A stretch of 64,000 nucleotides of DNA from Eledone cirrhosa. Taxonomy: Eukaryota. A program made the position numbers and the translations under genes. Below are positions 1 to 12,872 of the stretch, piece by piece; positions within the stretch are counted from its first letter, which is position 1, and each line of letters opens with the position of its first letter. The stretch is from contig OZ024742.1 of the NCBI GenBank assembly GCA_964016885.1, forward strand, positions 184,264,001 to 184,328,000. Direction: 5' to 3'. The notes beneath the pieces were generated by a model that ran no database searches, was not told where the DNA came from, and saw nothing but the letters and a program-made list of their open reading frames with translations.

Positions 1-167
<167 letters not shown>

Positions 168-341
168 ACAGACGCACAGTAGTATGTATATATATATACA
201 TACATGCACACATATATATATGTACGTATGGATTCACCGAACATTTATTATAATGCTCGGTGTGTTTGTAAACAAACATCCCGTATTAAGCCGTAGTGTC
301 CAGCAACCATCGTTGCTCGTTTGTTCAACACTGACAAAGGA

Positions 342-384
342 ACGCTGTACTAGTTTCAAGCTTATTAGCTATCGTCAGCAACAT
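342..384 (-). ncRNA. minimal type-I hammerhead ribozyme (Penelope-like type)
   Basis: Minus strand ATGTTG-CTGACGA-T.AGCT.AATA.AGCT.T-GAAA-CTAG-TA-CAGCGT: intact CUGANGA/GAAA/UH core, 6-bp stem I with G-U pairs, 4-bp stem II, palindromic CTAG stem III. Confidence 0.8.
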
Positions 385-453
385 ATACCTTCCTGCCAGA
401 TTGTTGAACGTATATACTTACCTTATGCATATTAACGGCTGAGTAGCCCAATT

Positions 454-520
<67 letters not shown>

Positions 521-812
521 GCTAGATGGCGTAGGACAGAACAAAGGAGAGGCACAAAAACAAAGAAAAGAATCCCAGTCACTGAAGAGGTCACAGAATG
601 TGTGACGAAAGAACTTTGACAATATATAAACAACCATCTGGTTGTGGAACCAACCAACCAACCGGAAATTTATAAATTTAATATAATAAATTGAAGTGAA
701 AGCAACTGGTGCGTGTGTTTCTTATTGGTAACATGACCCTCCCAAAGTATAACAATATCGGTTTCAACACACGTTTTCAGATAAAGAATCTTGCTAAACA
801 AATTCACAAACG
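521..812. mobile_element. (TA)n-flanked non-autonomous hammerhead-bearing element (same family as 56335-56800)
   Basis: 521-620 resembles 56521-56610 (gatggcgtag ... cgaaagaactttg); about 720-800 is the reverse complement of about 56340-56410. Confidence 0.6.
578..620 (+). ncRNA. minimal type-I hammerhead ribozyme
   Basis: GTCA-CTGAAGA-G.GTCACA.GAATG.TGTGAC-GAAA-GAAC-TT-TGAC; homolog at 56565-56606 has compensatory stem II changes. Confidence 0.65.
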
Positions 813-852
<40 letters not shown>

Positions 853-2909
853 ATGCAAAAGGCAAACAGGCAGAGCGAAAATGGAAAAAAGAATTTTTAG
901 AGAAAAATAACAGGTCCTTTCATGTTGCCATCTCTTGGAAAACTGTTAATGCTAGCATTTTGTGTATGATACACTTTTTTGAAAAGGTGGTGATTGAGCA
1001 GAAAGGAAAAAAAAGCATTTTGTATATAGAGTTGTACGTGTGCATGTGCATATACATGTGTGTGTTTTTATATGTCCATACGAAGCTAAGAGTGTGTGTG
1101 TGTGTGTGTGTGTTTGTAAGTATGAAGCTGTGAGCAAATGAGTGTTTATATAAGGGTGTGTGTGTGTGTGTGTGTGTGTGTACAGACTGTGAAGGTAAAT
1201 ATAGATGTGCATGTGTGTTTTTCTTAGTCTGTATAAGCTGTAAGAGTATGTTTCTGACCATAACAAAACCCATAGGAACCTATTGAGTGAATGTACATGT
1301 GCGTGTATGACAACGGAAAGGGGTAAAGGTAATAATGGCAGAGGTTAAAGAAATTGGGGAGAGGAGTTGAGTCCATTGGGGAAACTGGTTCCAAGGTGGA
1401 AAATCAGACTCTGCTCAGTCCTGGTGTGCAAGGCCTGTGAAGAACTGAGATATGTAGGGAAGAGTGGCCTGGAGATCGGAAATGATGAGCAATGTGGGTA
1501 TCTATACCAAGTCATATATATATATATATATACTATCATAGTTTTACGGATGTTTCTCTAGGCTTACTTTTCCAGCACAGCATCACCACTTGCTTCTTTC
1601 ATTTGTAAGATTTAGTATTCTGAGATCAGCTTTCACCACACCATCTTCCTTGGTCTTCCACTTCTACAGCTTCCTTCTACATGGAATTCCAGACACATTT
1701 TCACCTAACCTCAATGATCATCATCCGTACTCATTATCTGTCTGCAACAGTGTAATATTTTCTCCTGCATACTACATGATTCCTTTCATACCCAGTAACT
1801 GTTAAGATAGTCTTTCCTCTATAATTCCCTCCTCTACCACCACTCCATTACTTGTGGATCACTCCATCCTTAACCATTATTTCACTCAGATCATTGTTTC
1901 TTTCATCTTACTGTTTAATTGTGTAGTTTGTTTTAATTTTTATTTTGCAATTGTGGAAAACAACTGCTCACTTCTCGGTGAAAGTTAAACTGAAAGTGTA
2001 GTGTTTCTCTCTTATGGCTATCCTTCTCATAGAAAACATTCTAAGCTAAACACAATTATTGTACTGAAATTTGAGATAGTGATAATATTTTGTTCCTGTT
2101 ATCAATTTGTAAATCTTCAAACAATTACCAAGCCAAATACTATCTTTGACTGGTACCCTGTTGTTTTAGAACAAGATGGAAAAAAAATGCCATACTTGCT
2201 AGATATAGATTGACAGAGATGTTTTTTTCAAATGTGTAATTGATTAGGGACTATCAAATTATTATTTTTTGAGATAGATTATAAATTAGGACATTTTACA
2301 TATTCTATCATCATCATCACTGTTTAACGACTGTTCTTCCATGCTTGCATGGATCAGACAGGTTGTCCACATTATGAGACAATTCTGGCCAGCTGGCTGC
2401 ACTGTACCTTACTCAAATGGAACTGTGTTTTGGCTAGGATTTTTACACCTGGGTACCCTTCCTAACACCAAACACATTTACAGTATGGAACTGGGTGGTC
2501 CCATTTATGAGGGAAGTCTGGCCAGTTGGCTGTGCCATGCCTTGTTCATAGTTTGTGTAACTGGGTGGCACCGTTGTGAGGCAAGTCTGGCCAATTGGCC
2601 GCATGGTAACTTGCTCAAAATGAGACTGCTCCAGGAATCAAACTCGCATCCAATTCTCTAACCACTAAGTTCCGTGCCTTCACATAAAAACATATAAACT
2701 ATTAAATTTCCACTTTTCATGTTTCATTTATATCATGGTGTCTAAATTTTTGTCGAACTCTTTGTGACCTGATCACTAACATGTTTTATGCGATTCTTCA
2801 AACTCAGAAAATGAATAGTATTGCCAATATATGTCAGTCAACCATACACCTTAAGATCTTGAACATTTATTCAGTTATCAACTCTAGGAAAATGTTGTTA
2901 TACAATAAC

Positions 2910-3087
2910 CGTTTCTACTTTAGGCACAAGGCCAGCAATTACCCAGTGCATTACTGGTACTTTATTTTATCGACCCTATAAGGATGAAAGGCAAAGTCAA
3001 CCTCGGCGGGATTTGAACTCAGATCGTAAAGGGACGTAACTATGCTGGAAAGCATGGCGCCCGACCCTCTACCGATACTGCCAATCC
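2910..3087 (-). mobile_element. tRNA-derived SINE, family 1
   Basis: A-box-like TGGCAGTATCGG and B-box GAGTTCAAATCC; 13-bp TSD GTTATACAATAAC at 2897 and 3088; near-identical copies elsewhere in the window. Confidence 0.9.
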
Positions 3088-3793
3088 GTTATACAATAAC
3101 TTCAAAATATATGTAACTCCTCAACTGACAACATAGTAATATCCATTACAATACACTACCAATTCTTCTTTATTATTGTCTAGTTGAGAAGGAAAGGGCA
3201 TATCCATGATTCCTTTCAGAGCCTCTGAGACTGATAAGTGGGGTAGAGGGGACGAGAGGAAAGTATCCGCAAACTGAAGACTTGCTCTGAAGCTTGTAAC
3301 ATAGTAGACTGTGCTAAAGGTACCCAAAGAGCAGATGATGTTGTTAAACTGGACTAGAGATTAAGTCTACCATCCAAACAGGCTGCAGCAGGATTTGAAC
3401 TCAGAATGCAAAGTGCTGGAATAAATACCACAAGACATCTTGTCCAATGTTCTATTTTGCCCGTCTACTACTGTTGACTGGTACTTTGTTTTATTGATTC
3501 CAAAAGAACGAAAGGCTAAATTAACCTCAACAGGGTTTGAACTCAGAGAGCAGGGGCAAGTACTGTAAAGTGTTTTGTCCAATGCTGTAATAATTTTGTT
3601 GACCCTGAAATGACGAAAGGTTAAGTTGATCTCAGTAAGATTTGAACTCAGAGTGCTGAGAGCTGGAACAGATATTAAATTTATGTGTTCTAGATTGTGC
3701 TAGATTCTGTCTATCTGACAGGTGATTCTCTGTCATCCCACCCTCAGCTACAAATAAATCCTAATTCATTTATCTATGAACCCTTTCATTAGT

Positions 3794-6700
3794 ATCATCA
3801 TCACCGTTTTACATCCGTTCTTCTATGCTAGCATGGGTTAGATGGGTTGTCCTGTTGTGGGCAGTGTCCGGTTGGCTGACCTTGTCTTGCTCATACGGGA
3901 ACTGATTCTGGCTTGATTTCTACAGCTGGATGCCCTTCCTAACACCAACCTCATTTACAGTGAGTGCTGGGTGCTTTTTTTTTCCATGGCACCTACACGT
4001 CCACTTTACAGTGTGGGCTGGGTGCTTTTTTGCCATGGCACCTCCACGACTACCTTGCAGTGGGAGGGTGTGGGGGCATATTGTCTATATGCTTCAGCTT
4101 TGGCTTGTACCCGTGGGGGGTCGGGTATTCTGTATTACTACGTGATGCCAGAGGTCATGGTCGTGTGTCATCACCTTTGAGAGGTGTAATTGGGTAAGGT
4201 TGGCTTTTATCACCTCATCCCAGGTCTTCTTGGGTCTCCCCACTCCGCGGTTTCCATTGACTTCTAGTGCTCTGCACCTTTTTATGCAGCTATCATCCTT
4301 CATACACATCACATGTCCATACCAACGCAACCGCCTCTCCTGCACAGAATTTGATTCCTCTTATGCTCAGTCTCTCTCTCAATTCATTTATGCTTTGCCG
4401 TTCGCGTATATTACTATTACACATCCATCTGAGCATGCAGGCTTCGTTTCTTTCTAATCTACGGAAGTCTTCCACATTCAGCGCCCAGGTCTCACTACCA
4501 TGTAACATTGCTGTTCGCATACACGCATCATACAGTCTGCCTTTCATTTTGAGGGAAAAGCCTTTTGCATCTAGCAGTGGCAGTAGCTCCCTGAACTTCT
4601 CCCAATCCCGTTCTTACCCTGGTTATTGTACTATCCGAACACCCACCTCCGCTGCTAATTCGGTCACCTAGGTAACAGAAGCTGTCTACTATTTCTACAG
4701 AGCCCTCCCAGAGATTGGTGGTACTTGTTTCCTGTGGCTGTTTGTTGCTTGCTGCTATATGTGAAGCCTACATTCTTAATTAAGCTTCCTGAGATCCCGC
4801 TACATCTCTTGTGTACCCATTGTTTGCATTTGGGGCAGAGAATGGAGTTCCTACCTACACCTTTCCTACATACTGAGCAAGGCCATTTCCCTGAGGGGAT
4901 CTGGGTTCTGTTTTCTTGTCTACTTACAAGGACCTTAGTCTTTGTCAGGTTGACTTTGAGACCCTTTCTTTCTAGTCCCTGCTTCCAAGTCTGGAATTTC
5001 TTCTCTAGTTCTACCATAGATTCAGCTATAAGTGCGAGGTTATCTGCATACAGGAGTTCCCATGGGCATCCGGTCTTAAACTCCTCCGTTATTGCCTGCT
5101 GGACTATGATGAACAGGTGAGGGCTAAGAACAGACCCCTGTGGACACCAACCTGTACGCTAAATTCCTCGCTATACTCATTGCTAATCCTAACTTTGTTG
5201 ACTGCTCCCCTATACATGGCTTGTACAGCTTTCACAAGCCATCATCTACTCCTAGTTTTCTAAGAGCCCACCAGATTATAGCACGGGGAACTCTGTCAAA
5301 GGCTTTCTCGAGATCGGCGAATGCCAGGTAGAGTGGCTTACTTTTAGCTAGGTACTTTTCCTGTAACTGCTTCACAAGGAAGAGGGCATCAGTGGTGCCT
5401 CTTCCTGGCACAAACCCAAATTGCATCTCATCTAGTTTCACCCGGTCCCTAATCAACTGTGCTATAACTCTTTCTGTTACTTTCATGACCTGGTCCATCA
5501 GCTTTATACCTCAATAGTTTCCTCTATCTAGTGCATCACCTTTACCTTTGTAGCAGTTGACAATGATGCTACTGCACCAATCCTTTGGTGACACCTTCTA
5601 GTATTACCTGGTTAACAATACGTGTGGTTATAGTGTGACCTACCGACGCAGATGCCTTCAGCATTTCGGCAGCTATACCTGATGGACCGGTTGCCTTCCC
5701 CGTCTTCATATCTTTGATTGCCTTACTTACTACGCTGCTGCTGACTTGTATTGCCGGCACCTCTATAGGGTCTACTTGGGGTAGGGTCTCTTCTTCCCAT
5801 GCATTTTCCTCATTTAGTAATCTATCATAATGGCTCTTCCACGCATCTTTCTTCTCAGCACTTGTGAGGGCAAGCTCACCTTTATCATTCTGGATACACT
5901 TCTCTCTAATGACATCACAATTCTCTCTGACACACTGCCTTGCAATCTTGAACACCTGTTTCTGGTCCTCACGTTGCAAAACATGCTTGAATTTTCTATC
6001 CTCTGCTTCCCTCCTAGCTAAGTATACTTGTCGCCTAGCTTCCCTCCTGGTCTCTATGTAATGTACCCTGCTTCCCCCGTTCTTCTATTCTTTCCATGCC
6101 TGTCTCTTGGCCTTAACCGCCTCATCTACCTTATTGTTCCACCACCAAGTCACTCTCCTCCTGCCTGTGGTCTTACTCCAGCCACAGATCTCATCCGTCG
6201 CCTCTAGTAAGTTATTTTTTAGGAACTCCCAGTGCTCTTCTACATTGAATGTCTCTATCTGTTCTTCTTTACTGTCATAGGCATTGAGTAAAATATCTTT
6301 AAATCTGTTACTGGCTGAGGGGTCTTTCAGCTTCCAGATCTTTCTTCTCCAGGTTGGCTTCTGTTTCCAGGTTCTGTTTCTAGTTCTGACCGTGAGGTCG
6401 CTGACAACTAAGCTATGTTGGGAGGTACATTCCTCACTAGGGAAGGTTTTTGTGTTTACGACCGTCCATCTGTCACGTCCTCTGATGAGGATAAAATCTA
6501 TCTGACTAGAATGCTCCCCTGATCTATAGGTGATCAGGTGGTTGTCGGGTTTTTTGAAATTTGTGTTACATAATGACATGTCATTGGCGTCGCAGAATTC
6601 TAGAAGCCTGAATCCTTCTTCATTTCTTGTGCCAACCCCATGGCCTCCATGGACTCTATAGAAGCTGTCACAGTGTTTACCTGCCTGTCCGTTAAAAGCT

Positions 6701-7780
6701 CCTGCAATGATTCTGAAGTCATTGTCGTTTGTTAGAGCAGTAGTGTGCATTAGGGACTCGGAAAACTTATCCTTAAGTTCGTCTGGCAACCCCGATTGGG
6801 GTGCATAAGCTGATATTATTGTGGTAATTGTTTTATTCAGGACTAGTCTGAGTTTAATGATTCTTGCATTCATCCTGTTCACTGAGATTACTTTATCTAC
6901 CCACTTGTCAGCTAGTAGGATACCTACACCACCCATCCTATCGTCATTTCCCACCCAGAAAAATTTGTAGCACTGACTTTTTCCTACAAGGACTCTAGCA
7001 GACTCTCCTCTCCATCTAGTCTCTTGCACACAGCATACATCTATTTCTTTTCACTCTAACATCTCTACGATTTCTCCTGCTCTTCTTTTCATTGTGCTTA
7101 CATTGATGGTACCAACTCAGAGTTTTGGGCATTTGTCAACATTCTTGGGGAAGGGTCGATTTTTGCAGGGGTGTGCATGTGTTTCCTATCTCTGAATTGA
7201 AGCTTCACATGGGTGCTTGGTAGCTCATTTCATTTTCATTTATTTATTCAGGGTTGCTCCATTTATTCTCAGCTCATCCATACATAACAGTAGGAAAATT
7301 CAGGGCCAGAAGAACAGTGGTGGTGGTAATAATGGCAGGGTGTGTTGGGGCTGGGACGGGTGAGGAGAGAGGTAGGTAGTAGTAGAAATGGCAGGGTTTG
7401 TTGGGGTTGGTGATGGGTGGAGGGGACATGCTGAGGTTTGATTGATCGAATTAGCTATGGTGGTATGAGGGGGTGGAGGGAGTGAAATTGTGAGATAGGT
7501 AGCCATCATGGCCTATAGCATCTCATAGCAAAATAAACTGATATTAGACAAGGCAAAATGTTAATGTTAGGATTTCGAAGTGAGTAAATGATTTCGTAGA
7601 GACAGTGAAATGATAAATACAACAACACTAATAGTAGTGTAAGAGAGCAGGAGAGAGTAGATGACTTTGTAGAGGGACAGCATGGGAAAAGAAAATGAGG
7701 GTAAAAAATAAATGTGTTGTGGAAGCTAGTGAAATGATAAATACAGCAATAATTGTGTGAGCGGAATATTTGCAATTGGG
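3794..7780 (-). mobile_element. near full-length degenerate RTE-clade LINE (APE endonuclease + RT), subfamily A
   Basis: QETRW...ISAYAPQ...SQIDFIL endonuclease; QFGFVPGRGTTDA, DLEKAFDRV, YAD(N)L, LHGSETW, RRLRWYGHV RT motifs; (ATG)n 3' tail at 3794; stops and frameshifts; 5' boundary approximate. Confidence 0.93.
6085..7029 (-). pseudogene. apurinic-like endonuclease domain of the RTE LINE
   Basis: 314-aa ORF with QETRW, GGVGIL, ISAYAPQ, IIAGAFN, SQIDFIL, SQHSLV motifs. Confidence 0.9.
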
Positions 7781-8229
7781 AAATAGAGGGATACCTGGAA
7801 GATTTGTATGGATGGATGGCTGAAACGTGGTTTAGCAGCTCTAAAAGGCACTGCTTACAATCTTCAATAAATTTTGAAAATATTAAATAATTTGAAGGAA
7901 TTTATAGTTTACTTGAAGCATTGTATATGCTATAAAGAAATTTGAAGTTTGAAAGCCACGACAATGCGGGTTTGGACGGAGAATAATTAAATCATGAGAA
8001 ACATGGGTTGTTTTTTTTACCTTAATTTATTCATATGTCCTGATATTTTGAGATTAATATCTCTTCTTCCAAAGAAAATAAAGGAACTATTCCAGTGTCA
8101 ATGTGGCTTGCTCTAACATGCTGGCTGGAATAATTTGGTGTTGTGTTATTTTGTAAAATAACTAAATTTTTCATTATTAATTTGGTATTTGGAGCATAAC
8201 TCTGAAAAGCTTGTAATAAAAATGTTTAT

Positions 8230-8406
8230 AAACAAGTTTGTTAATTCAAATATTTATAGTATCTTTATTAGTGGACAGATTGTTGTAAAAATTTGCAGTA
8301 TGAGAGTAAAGACATTAATTTTGAATGTAATGCTGTCACAGTGCTGTTTTGTACTTTTCAAGAATATCTTGCTAATGTGGTTTCATGTGATACAGGACAA
8401 GAGTTA
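8230..8406 (-). mobile_element. partial TTAA MITE (family of 15718-15925 and 47793-48907)
   Basis: Reverse-complement similarity including one copy of the 39-bp unit; ends ...tacagga-caagagTTAA. Confidence 0.7.
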
Positions 8407-9320
8407 ATAAAAGTTTTTACATAAAATTATAATGGGTGGTTTTTAGATAGTTATAAATACTTTAAAACAAACAGTTTTGTATTAAAAAACCAGAGGTGGG
8501 TTCGGGCGGATTGATATAAAAAATGCTAACACAATTTTGTATTGAAGAACCATAGGTAGTTTGGTATCAGAAAGGCTAACACAAACAATTTGTATTGAAG
8601 AATCAGAAGCAGTTTGGTATCAGGAATTAAAATGTTTATTCTAGAAAAATGAAAGGTTGAATCCATGGTCTCTCCGATAGATTTTGAACACCAATGTTCT
8701 GTATTGTCACTGCAAGTGAGTAGAAATGAATGAAGAGATGTGCTTCTCCATGAAAGCTAGTTATTCATAGAATAAATTAACTAAGGGAAATTATTCAGCA
8801 ATGTTATCTGCATGAGGGATTTTCTTATCACTACCTCAGTAAGTACAATGAAGTCTATGCTTCATTGAGGAAATCTAATAAGACTGAAAGATGTAATATT
8901 AGTCAGTGACTCATTTGATACCAAGCCATTTGAAATTGCCCTTGATTCTATGACACTAAGCTGTTTATTTTTAACCATTTATCATTTACATTACTCTATA
9001 TTTACTATTGTATTTTTGTGGTAAAGGCTTTATCTAACATAATTATCCTACATAATATTGTATCTACGAGATTTTGATATTATTTATTTTGTGAACAAAA
9101 CCTTAATATAAGTATGAGCAGTTGGTTATGGCCAGTTCGAACAGAAAGAGGTGAGAGAATTCTGGCTGGATATGGCCAGTTTGAATGCTAAAGAGTTAAA
9201 ATATTTATCATCATCATCATCGTCGTTTAACGTTTATCTTCCACGCTAGCCTGGGTTTATGTTTATCTAAAAACCTTCGATCATAATTTGTTAAGCTATA
9301 CTCCAAACACCAGTTTAATA

Positions 9321-9462
9321 ATTGTTTCTACTTTTGGCACAAGGCCAGCAATTATCTAGTGCATTACTGGTACTTTATTTTATCGACCCCGTAAGGATGA
9401 AAGGCAAAGTTAACCTCGACGGGATTTGAACTCAGACCGAAAACGGCCGTAACTCTTTGCTG
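9321..9462 (-). mobile_element. SINE family 1, 5'-truncated
   Basis: Matches the body of 2910-3087. Confidence 0.8.
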
Positions 9463-10299
9463 CAAGAAAGGTAATTATATTACTAAACATCAGACAGTGC
9501 TTTTTATTAGAAACATGGTAATGAAACGGTTAAATGAATGTTGTCTTTTCCTCAACTTCTAGGTTATTGGATGGAAGATCTGACACTAGGACAGGCTTCT
9601 GTAAAGGCACAGTTTTTTGCTGCAGTGAACAGACATAACAAACAGGAAGCTTATGAAAATACAACTTCTATTGTTAATGTCACATTATATGATAGAATCA
9701 AATTTACATTTGTTAACTCTTTTGTTACTACTATCATTATCATCATCATCATTTTACGTCCGCTTTTCCCTGCTTTCTGACAAATTGACACTGCTTATGA
9801 TTTTCAAATAATTTTTTAAATAATCAGAATTTAGAAGGATTTAGTAATGTAACTAATTTTCTCATTATTCAGCTGGTAATTGGAGTATAATTTAACAAAG
9901 GTTCTTATAAATATAGATACTTTAAAACAGTTTTGTATTGTAGAACCGATGGTGGTTTCAAGCAGCAAAAGGATTATGAATGGTGAAATTATTTTAGTTA
10001 ACTAAACATTTGTCTTTTTCCTAATATATTATTATGAAAATAAAATGAGCAATAACAGAGGAAACAGGAAAGTGTTTAAAAGAAGGCAGAATAAAAGATA
10101 AATTCACAACTAGAGTTAGAGAGAATGTAAGTTAGTATTTAGAGATGATATTACAAATGCATAAATAACATTATAAATTGCTTGCAATTCGTTCAGAAGC
10201 ACATTAAAAATATAATTTCGTTGTTTAACACAAATATAAATGCATAAAAGAGGGGGGGGGGGAGAAAGGACCATCAATTCACCAAGTGCGACAATCAGC

Positions 10300-10530
10300 T
10301 GCACATCACAAGAGTTAACTAAACACTTTGAGGCAAGCCAATATGCTCGCAACATTGCCATGGGTGATGGCGAGGCTAAGGTGCTGAAACAGCCAGGCAC
10401 CCACATGGACATCACCTGACACCTCAGAAAGGTGAGCTGCCAGCGATGACAAGAACTTCGCTATCAGCTGCCCAACTCCACCAAATGTCTCCAATGTCAC
10501 AGGCTGGAAAAAATAATTACTGGATAAATC
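10300..10530 (-). pseudogene. C-terminal restriction-like endonuclease fragment of a CRE/R2-type non-LTR retrotransposon
   Basis: FQPVTLETFGGVG...FL..LA..L...SGD....WLFQHLSLAITHGNVASIL resembles the FxPxAxETxG...QRLSIAIQRGNA motif. Confidence 0.65.
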
Positions 10531-10597
10531 CAGGTAAATGTTATTTGTAATGTTATTTATGTATATATTTAAAACATATTTGTAATGTTATTTATAC

Positions 10598-10873
10598 TGT
10601 TGTATTCCTCTCGGTACTCGCAGAGAAAACACAACGAGTTATATCAAATAATTTGTGTAATTTGCGAAACAACCAAAACGCCCCTCCTCGCAGTAGCAGA
10701 ATAACATAAAGTAAGTCAGTGACAGTCTGTGACCGAGTTTTTAACACCAACGCTGACTGACCGCCCAGGTCACATGATCCATATGCAAATGTGCGAGCAC
10801 GTGCAAATTGAATAGAAATCCAACAGTCCACACAACAATGAGGTTGTGAGCTCGATTCCCAGTCCATACAACA
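10598..10873 (-). repeat. 3' LTR (276 bp)
   Basis: Direct repeat of 15374-15646; 3 substitutions plus a 3-bp indel seen. Confidence 0.95.
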
Positions 10874-11312
10874 CCTCCCCACCGAAATTGATGCGACAAA
10901 AGAAGCATCAACAGCAAAGTCTCTCTGGGGGTTTACGAGTTCTCTTGGACCGTCTTCGATTGTCTGGTCCATACTCTGGAACGGGCAACAAGGTCTTGGG
11001 TCTAGTCTGTCTTGGAGTTAGAGATCTCCATCGGGTGATCTGTTGCAAATTCAAAAACAGTGTCTACTGCATCACCAGGTTCATTGTCTTCCTCAGTAGT
11101 GTACCGCGGTTGCAGCTGTTCCCAGTGTCGTCTCCACACCGGGCCATGAGGTATGACCTTAACGTTGAAGCAGCGAGTACCCAATGACTTCTTAATGATT
11201 GCTGGTACCTATCGGGGATCTTTGTTTCGGCGAGGTCCGTAGTACAGTGCATACACAGGCTCTCCAGCCTTGTACTGCCTGGTAACCTTAGTGACACCTG
11301 CCGAGTCCGGAG

Positions 11313-12872
11313 TCATCTGAGACTTATATGCTTCCTTAGACTACTTGCCTTGAGCGATGTGTGCTGGCGAGGGCAGCAGAGAATCAATCCTTGTCCGTAC
11401 TGCCGGTGATTCAAAAGTTCACTCGGAGAGAATCCACTGGATGTCGGTGTTCTCCGGTACTGCATCAAGAACTCTTGAAGTGCTCTCTTCGGCGGAAGAG
11501 AAGTCTTCCTCAGAGCTTGTTTGAAGGTCTGCACCAAACGTTCCGCTGCTCCGTTGGTAGCTGAGTGGTAAGGTGCCCCTGTCAGGTGTGTGATCCCACA
11601 TTCTTTGCACCAGCTCTGGAACTCCTCAGAAATAAAAGTTGGTGCGTTATCGGTGACTAGCGTGTGAGGAAATCCGAAGTGCGCAAAGTCTTCTTCAAGC
11701 AGATCTAAAGTGGCTCTGGAGGACGTGGATGACGTAGGATGAATGCATGGATACTTGGAATAAGCATCCGTGATCACCAACCAATTACTGCCCATGAAAT
11801 TTATTGCATGGTCCAGGTGTAAGCGGCTCCACAGCTTTTCAGGTAACATCCATGGGTGAACTGGAGACTTGGATGGCTGGTTTTGATGTTCACCACACGA
11901 ATCACATTGTCGACTGGTTTTCTCTATAGCAGCATCGATACCAGGCCAATAAACAGCAGTTCTTGCCAATTGTTTCATGCGCTCCATGCCAAAGTGTCCG
12001 AGATGCAGAAGATTGAGGATCTTTGGCTGTAAGCTATGTGGAATCACAACTCTCGATCCATGGATAAGGCATCCATGGCAGATACTGAGTGAATTCGATA
12101 ACTTCCGGAACTTATTGACTTCATCATTGATCTCAGTATTCTTTGGTGGCCAGCCTTCACGGACGTAGCGTATCACTGTAGATATCACTGGATCTTTCCC
12201 TGACTCTTGACAGAGGACGTTAGAATCGATAGGTTGGACTTGAAGACTGAGAGCTTTGATGGCGCACACCATGTCCATGTCTTCACCATTTTCCTTCCTG
12301 TCAAAGTCGATGTCATTACCAAATGGCAAGCGACTGAGGGCATCTGCATTGCCATGATCCGCTGTTTTCCGATATTCGATGGTGTAGTCAAACTGGTTCA
12401 GCCACTGGGCCCACCGTGCTAGTCGGTTAGCAGCGAGAAGTGGCGTCCCTTTCCTCGGACTGAACAGTGATGTCAGTGGCTTGTGGTCAGTTACGAGTAT
12501 AAACTGATGTCCGTACAGATACTGATAGAACTTCTGCAAGCCAAATATGATGGCCAGGGCTTCCTTTTGAATTTGGCCGTAGTTACGCTGTGCAGAAGTA
12601 AGAGTCTTGGACACATTGGATATTGGGCGCTCGCTTCCATCAGGATAGCGATGAAACAGGACTGCTCCAATACCAACGTTTGACGCGTCGCAAGCCAGTC
12701 CCAAAGTTTTGTTTGGATCGAAGTGTATCAGAACTCGATCCGATGAAAGCACATTTTTCAACTGATCGAAAGCTGACTGTTCTTCATCTCCCCACTTCCA
12801 AGTAGTCGTTTTTTTTCGTAAGGCAATAGAGTGGCTCTGCCATGCTGGCCAGGTTTGGGATAAACTTTCCAT
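11313..12872 (-). pseudogene. pol: RNase H and integrase
   Basis: LACDASNVGIGAVL, QKEALAIIFG, LVTDHKPL; HLGH...CDSC zinc finger; LHLDH, VTDNAP, NGAAER catalytic DDE; frameshifted relative to RT. Confidence 0.93.

Noticed and set aside
9563-9720. Possible host exon after a good acceptor (ttttcctcaacttctag; GYWMEDLTLGQASVKAQFF...)
   Set aside because: No recognisable homology, no convincing donor and no partner exons; needs RNA-seq or BLASTX
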